Positions 58,311 to 62,269 of a stretch of 62,269 bases of DNA are shown here, piece by piece. A program made the translations under genes and the position numbers. The DNA is from an uncultured Thalassotalea sp. GTDB taxonomy: Bacteria > Pseudomonadota > Gammaproteobacteria > Enterobacterales > Alteromonadaceae. A model generated the notes under the pieces. The model was given only the letters and a program-made list of their open reading frames with translations. It made no database searches and was not told where the DNA came from. Numbering within the stretch: the first letter of the stretch is position 1; each line of letters opens with the position of its first letter. The DNA lies in the NCBI GenBank assembly GCA_938075435.1, contig CALJHL010000127.1:1-62269 (forward strand), written 5' to 3'.

Positions 58311-60112
58311 TGAAACCATTTAATTTTAACGTAATTACCGCAGTGAGCCTAATGGCGCTATTATTAAGTGCCTGCTCAGAGGATAAAAAACCACCGCAAA
58401 ATTTAGCGTCATCTGCTGATGTTGCAACCAGTAACGCAGTTAATGTCGCGAAAATCAGCACAGCTTTACCCCATTATTTACAGCGCGATATTCGTGATGA
58501 AGTATTTTACTTTGTTATGCCAGATAGATTCTTTAATGGTGATACCAGTAACGATAATGGTTCTACCACCATTGCTGCATCGCAAGGTGGCTTTGATCCG
58601 ACTAGCAATGGCCATTATCACGGTGGTGATATTGTCGGTCTTAAAGAAAAGCTCCCCTATTTACAAGCAATGGGTATCACTTCTATTTGGTTGACGCCGA
58701 TCATGCGCAATCAAGCCGTACAAGGAGACAGCTCAGGTTATCATGGTTATTGGGTATTAGATTTTACTGAAATAGACCCACATCTAGGCTCTGATCAAGA
58801 TCTTAAAGATTTAATTGCCGCCGCTCATGAGCTTAATATGAAAGTATTTTTTGATATTATTGCCAACCATAGTGCCGACGTTATCAAGTTCAAAGAGTGC
58901 CATGGCGAAGATGGTAAACAGTGGTTAGGGGCAACACCGGGTTTATGTGATTATAAAAGTTTAGAGCAAGTCGCTAATGGCGATAAATACAACGCCTTTA
59001 TTCCGGCTGGCAGTGAAAGCATTAAAGTACCACAGTGGTTAAATGACCCTAAATATTACCACAACCAAGGTGATAGTACTTGGCAAGGGGAAAGTGCCGT
59101 TTATGGTGATTTTGCCGGTCTGGATGACATTGATACCAATAATCCTGAAGTGGTCAGTGGTTTAATTGATATTTTTAAAGGCGTAGTTTCAGAATTTAAA
59201 CCGGATGGCTTTCGCATTGATACCGTTAAGCACGTCAATATGGAATTTTGGAGTGAGTTTTCTCCGACCATTGTTGAACATGCCCAAGGTTTAGGTATAG
59301 AACAATTCTTTATGTTTGGTGAAGTTTATGACTCTACCCCAGAGTTGTTAAGTACCTACACTACCACCGGGAATATGCAGTCAATCTTAGATTTTGCGGT
59401 GCAAAGTGGCTTATATAAATCATTGATTGAACGCCAAGGTACCGATGCTTTAGCTGAGGTTTTTGCCGGCGATCATTATTATCAAGATGAAGACAGCGAT
59501 GCCAGCATGTTAGTAACATTCACGGGCAATCATGACATGGGGCGTTTTGCTTATATGTTGGATGCCAGTGATTTTGTTATCAGTGAAGCAGAGAAGTTGG
59601 CGCGGATAAAATTATCTAATGCTTTAATGTATTTCTCACGCGGTATTCCGGTGGTTTATTATGGTGATGAACAAGGTTTTGTTGGTGACGGTAACGATAA
59701 AGATTCTCGTCAAGATATGATGCCATCACATGTGGCAAGTTATAATGATGATGACTTACTTGGTACCGATGCTAGCACCGCCGACGATAACTTTGATCAA
59801 GGCCATGTGTTATATCAAGACTTAGTAAGCCTAGGGCAACTTTATCTTGACCATAAAGCGCTACGCCATGGCGTCCAAGCGCCAGTATATGCTCAGTCAA
59901 CACCAGGTTTGTATGCGTTTACTCGCAGCGATGAGCAAGCGCAATACTTAATTGTTGCCAATACCGCAACGACAGAGCAGAGCCAAACATTTACCATGCA
60001 ACTTCACGGCTATGCCCCTGTGGTTAAGGCAAAAGATAAAACCGAAAACAATGGCGTAGTGACCATAAATTTAGCACCACTAAGTTACGCGATATATAAA
60101 GCGGTGAAATAG
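58310..60112 (+). CDS. Lipoprotein alpha-amylase family glycoside hydrolase (GH13)
   Basis: Lipobox LLSAC; DRFFNGD, YHGYW, GFRIDTVKH, FGEVY, NHD. Confidence 0.9.
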   Translation: MKPFNFNVITAVSLMALLLSACSEDKKPPQNLASSADVATSNAVNVAKISTALPHYLQRDIRDEVFYFVMPDRFFNGDTSNDNGSTTIAASQGGFDPTSNGHYHGGDIVGLKEKLPYLQAMGITSIWLTPIMRNQAVQGDSSGYHGYWVLDFTEIDPHLGSDQDLKDLIAAAHELNMKVFFDIIANHSADVIKFKECHGEDGKQWLGATPGLCDYKSLEQVANGDKYNAFIPAGSESIKVPQWLNDPKYYHNQGDSTWQGESAVYGDFAGLDDIDTNNPEVVSGLIDIFKGVVSEFKPDGFRIDTVKHVNMEFWSEFSPTIVEHAQGLGIEQFFMFGEVYDSTPELLSTYTTTGNMQSILDFAVQSGLYKSLIERQGTDALAEVFAGDHYYQDEDSDASMLVTFTGNHDMGRFAYMLDASDFVISEAEKLARIKLSNALMYFSRGIPVVYYGDEQGFVGDGNDKDSRQDMMPSHVASYNDDDLLGTDASTADDNFDQGHVLYQDLVSLGQLYLDHKALRHGVQAPVYAQSTPGLYAFTRSDEQAQYLIVANTATTEQSQTFTMQLHGYAPVVKAKDKTENNGVVTINLAPLSYAIYKAVK

Positions 60113-60198
60113 TTACTGCAATAGAGCTGCTTTACTTAAGATGATTAAAGTTGCTTTGGCGGATAATGAAAAGGGACTTAACAGCAAGCTTTACAAAG

Positions 60199-60234
60199 AA
60201 AAACCCTCAGGCAGATATTCGGCTGAGGGCTTTT
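60199..60234 (+). terminator. Terminator after the glucan cluster
   Basis: AAAAACCCTCAG…CTGAGGGCTTTT. Confidence 0.7.
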
Positions 60235-60342
60235 AAATAGCAATATTCCTAATCCTTTACGTCCGGTCAGTGTTAACTATAGTCACTCACTTACTTGTTA
60301 AAATACGCCGTAGAAGCACGCACACAATCAGAAAGAATGCAC

Positions 60343-60441
60343 CGTCATTGTGGCGAAGGCCACAACCTCCTTTAGTTTCAAAGTGGCGATATTAAAGGCT
60401 CATTATGAAGTAAGGGGGTCGCGACCTTCGTCGCAATGACG
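60343..60441. repeat. 99-bp palindromic element with 29-bp imperfect arms, each carrying a GAAG-loop hairpin
   Basis: CGTCATTGTGGCGAAGGCCACAACCTCCT … AGGGGGTCGCGACCTTCGTCGCAATGACG. Confidence 0.8.
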
Positions 60442-60495
60442 TTGTTTGTCAATTAACTATGTTTAGGTTCAGTAGCGCTCTTTTTCTAATATTGT

Positions 60496-60521
60496 ATGAC
60501 TGGTTATCGCTCAAAGCCGAC
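60496..60521 (-). repeat. TGAGCGA-core element copy 1 (GTCGGCTTTGAGCGATAACCAGTCAT)
   Basis: Similar to copies at 61103 and 61591; starts 4 nt after the stop codon of the zinc-ribbon gene. Confidence 0.55.
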
Positions 60522-60525
60522 GATT

Positions 60526-61023
60526 CTAATAATCATCAATAATATAAGTGGCTAACTCAAACACTGATGCTAACCGATTCCCTCGATTTCGCACAATTCT
60601 ATGAAGAGGTGCATCAATCTTGGGGATATAGATATCGTTTTTCATTTCAACTCTAAGCAAAGCTCGCTCACGTTCCGTTAAATGATTTTCATGAAGTTTT
60701 GATAATTCAGCGGTATCTAACCAAATACCTGCACACCCAGGACACTCATCTATTTCTAATACTTTTAATGGACTAAAATACCGCCTCATCATTACGGTAT
60801 TTTCACACTTAGGGCATTTAATCCTTTCTTTTTCATTCAGAGACGTATTCTTGAATTGCCTCAGATGCTTTACTAATTCTGAACCACGAACACTTTTAGG
60901 GTCTTTAAATTTATCCAATTCAGAATTATCAAAGAATGCTCCTCCGCAGCTTTCAGATATTTCAATTTCCATACCGCCAACCTTTATGGTTTTAAGGGGT
61001 GTACCTGTTCTAGGGCATTTCAT
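60526..61023 (-). CDS. zf-TFIIB-like double zinc-ribbon protein
   Basis: CPRT…SESCGG.FFD..EL and CPKC…IDECPGCAGIWLD..EL. Confidence 0.8.
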   Translation of the reverse strand: MKCPRTGTPLKTIKVGGMEIEISESCGGAFFDNSELDKFKDPKSVRGSELVKHLRQFKNTSLNEKERIKCPKCENTVMMRRYFSPLKVLEIDECPGCAGIWLDTAELSKLHENHLTERERALLRVEMKNDIYIPKIDAPLHRIVRNRGNRLASVFELATYIIDDY

Positions 61024-61102
61024 TTAGCTACTTTCCTTGCATCTTTATATTAATATACAATACATGATGCTATTGTAAAATAACAAGTTTTTTAGTGGTC
61101 AT

Positions 61103-61133
61103 CACAGTCCGCTATGAGCGAGTAACCGCCGTT
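61103..61133 (+). repeat. TGAGCGA-core element copy 2 (CACAGTCCGCTATGAGCGAGTAACCGCCGTT)
   Basis: 19/26 identity to copy 3 by manual alignment. Confidence 0.55.
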
Positions 61134-61161
61134 GGTTAGTTAAAAACATCATCTTATAAAA

Positions 61162-61521
61162 TTGATATTTATGCCTATGTTTAAGTTTAATTTAATAGTA
61201 TTAATGTTTCTTTCATTTTCATCATTAGCTGACGAAGATATGAGCATATGGGAATTTCCTGTGCTGGGTTCAGACAATATTGGAAACAACTGCTCTGATG
61301 AAACCAATAAGGTAATGATGAGGCTGACACTCTCTGAAGCTGGTGAAATCAAAAACAGTGTTTTTTTAAAAAAGAGCACAATCGATAAAGTAAATGATGA
61401 GGCTAAGAAAAATATAATGGCATTGTCACCATTTGAAGAGTTTGAAAGTATGACTGCCAGTGAAGCTAAGAAATATAATAAAGTAATTATGTCTTATACA
61501 ATTCCTTGTAAACATATGTAA
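61162..61521 (+). CDS. Secreted protein with TonB C-terminal-like domain
   Basis: Signal peptide; V..RLTLSEAGEI…KKST..KVNDEA..NI..LSPF. Confidence 0.6.
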   Translation: MIFMPMFKFNLIVLMFLSFSSLADEDMSIWEFPVLGSDNIGNNCSDETNKVMMRLTLSEAGEIKNSVFLKKSTIDKVNDEAKKNIMALSPFEEFESMTASEAKKYNKVIMSYTIPCKHM

Positions 61522-61590
61522 CAAGCTAATCAGATGGGTGTTTGGCAAGCTTGCAACACTCAGATATATTACGTAAATTATTGAAAAGCC

Positions 61591-61620
61591 CACAGACTAC
61601 TGTGAGCGAGCAGCGGGACT
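61591..61620 (+). repeat. TGAGCGA-core element copy 3 (CACAGACTACTGTGAGCGAGCAGCGGGACT)
   Basis: Manual alignment to copy 2. Confidence 0.55.
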
Positions 61621-61689
61621 AGGATATTCTCACAATCCCCCCCCTGATGCTTTTTCACAAAAATATAAAAACAATTAAATGGATTTCCT

Positions 61690-62034
61690 ATGAGCTTCAA
61701 TGCGTTATTTAAAATTTTACTCACATGCATTTTGCTATCTTTTATTGGTGGTTGCACTTCAACCAAAGCTATTGATTCAGTTAACGTCAATTCATACGAT
61801 GAAATAACTAAATATCTCAGAGTAGGAGATCACGTCTCTATCGTAACGATAGATGATCATACGCATGAATTCATTATCAGAGATATTGATTCATCGACTA
61901 TAAGCGGAAATAGTAATGAAGTAGAAATCGTTAACATAAAGAAAATAGATAAAGAAGAAGTCGAAGTTATGAAGACCATAGGCCTCACTATAGTTACGGC
62001 AATAGGAGCGCTTGCTTTTGCCTTATTTATTTGA
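61690..62034 (+). CDS. Hypothetical lipoprotein with C-terminal TM helix
   Basis: Lipobox-like IGGC; hydrophobic C-terminus. Confidence 0.65.
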   Translation: MSFNALFKILLTCILLSFIGGCTSTKAIDSVNVNSYDEITKYLRVGDHVSIVTIDDHTHEFIIRDIDSSTISGNSNEVEIVNIKKIDKEEVEVMKTIGLTIVTAIGALAFALFI

Positions 62035-62248
62035 GTTTGGTGATGTGATATTTCAGGCTACCAATCAACTTAGGTTGAAAGTCCTTAATTATTTTCATCA
62101 TAATACGACCGACCGAAATTGGCACTTTGAACTAAACCGCTACCCGCGGTAATGGCGCACATTTTCTAATACTGTTATTTCTCAAATATTGTTGATCTTT
62201 TCTACGCTTATCGCACGAGGTATTTTCCTCGTCTGATAGGAGTATTCC

Positions 62249-62269
62249 ATGAAGATTTCAATCTACTTA
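62249..62269 (+). CDS. Probable start of a gene truncated by the window edge (MKISIYL…)
   Basis: AGGAG SD 6 nt upstream of ATG; frame open to the window end. Confidence 0.4.

Overview
AT-rich gammaproteobacterial chromosome segment; gene content suggests a marine Alteromonadales/Colwelliaceae-like genome (inference). It has five blocks. (1) 0-8.3 kb: a string of small accessory genes (two YkgJ-type Cys-cluster proteins, Acr3, DUF924, GNATs, VanZ, PH-domain protein, D-cysteine desulfhydrase) plus several unannotated gene remnants. (2) A 1398-aa lipoprotein pullulanase and, at 49-60 kb, a glgP-glgB-glgX-malQ-amylase cluster; both are preceded by paired TG(A/C)ATACGTATGTA operators. (3) An acetate-utilisation locus (CrbR/CrbS, ActP-like symporter + DUF4212, DUF294/CBS protein + DEDD exonuclease, Acs, DcaP porin) with TAGAC-N4-GTCTA sites. 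(4) An ~18.5 kb denitrification island (norQ, norCBD, DnrP-like, membrane-anchored hemerythrin, divergent nirS, nirT-nirB fusion, nirCFDLGHJEN, methyltransferase-degenerate cysG) with FNR/DNR boxes. (5) A low-GC tail of orphan genes delimited by short TGAGCGA-core elements. Unexplained non-coding structure includes a two-unit ~69-bp structured tandem repeat at 21.1 kb, dispersed GGA-loop hairpin clusters with ~25-26 nt spacing, and a 99-bp palindromic element at 60.3 kb. No rRNA, tRNA, CRISPR-cas, transposase or integrase was recognised. All calls come from reading the sequence; no searches were run.
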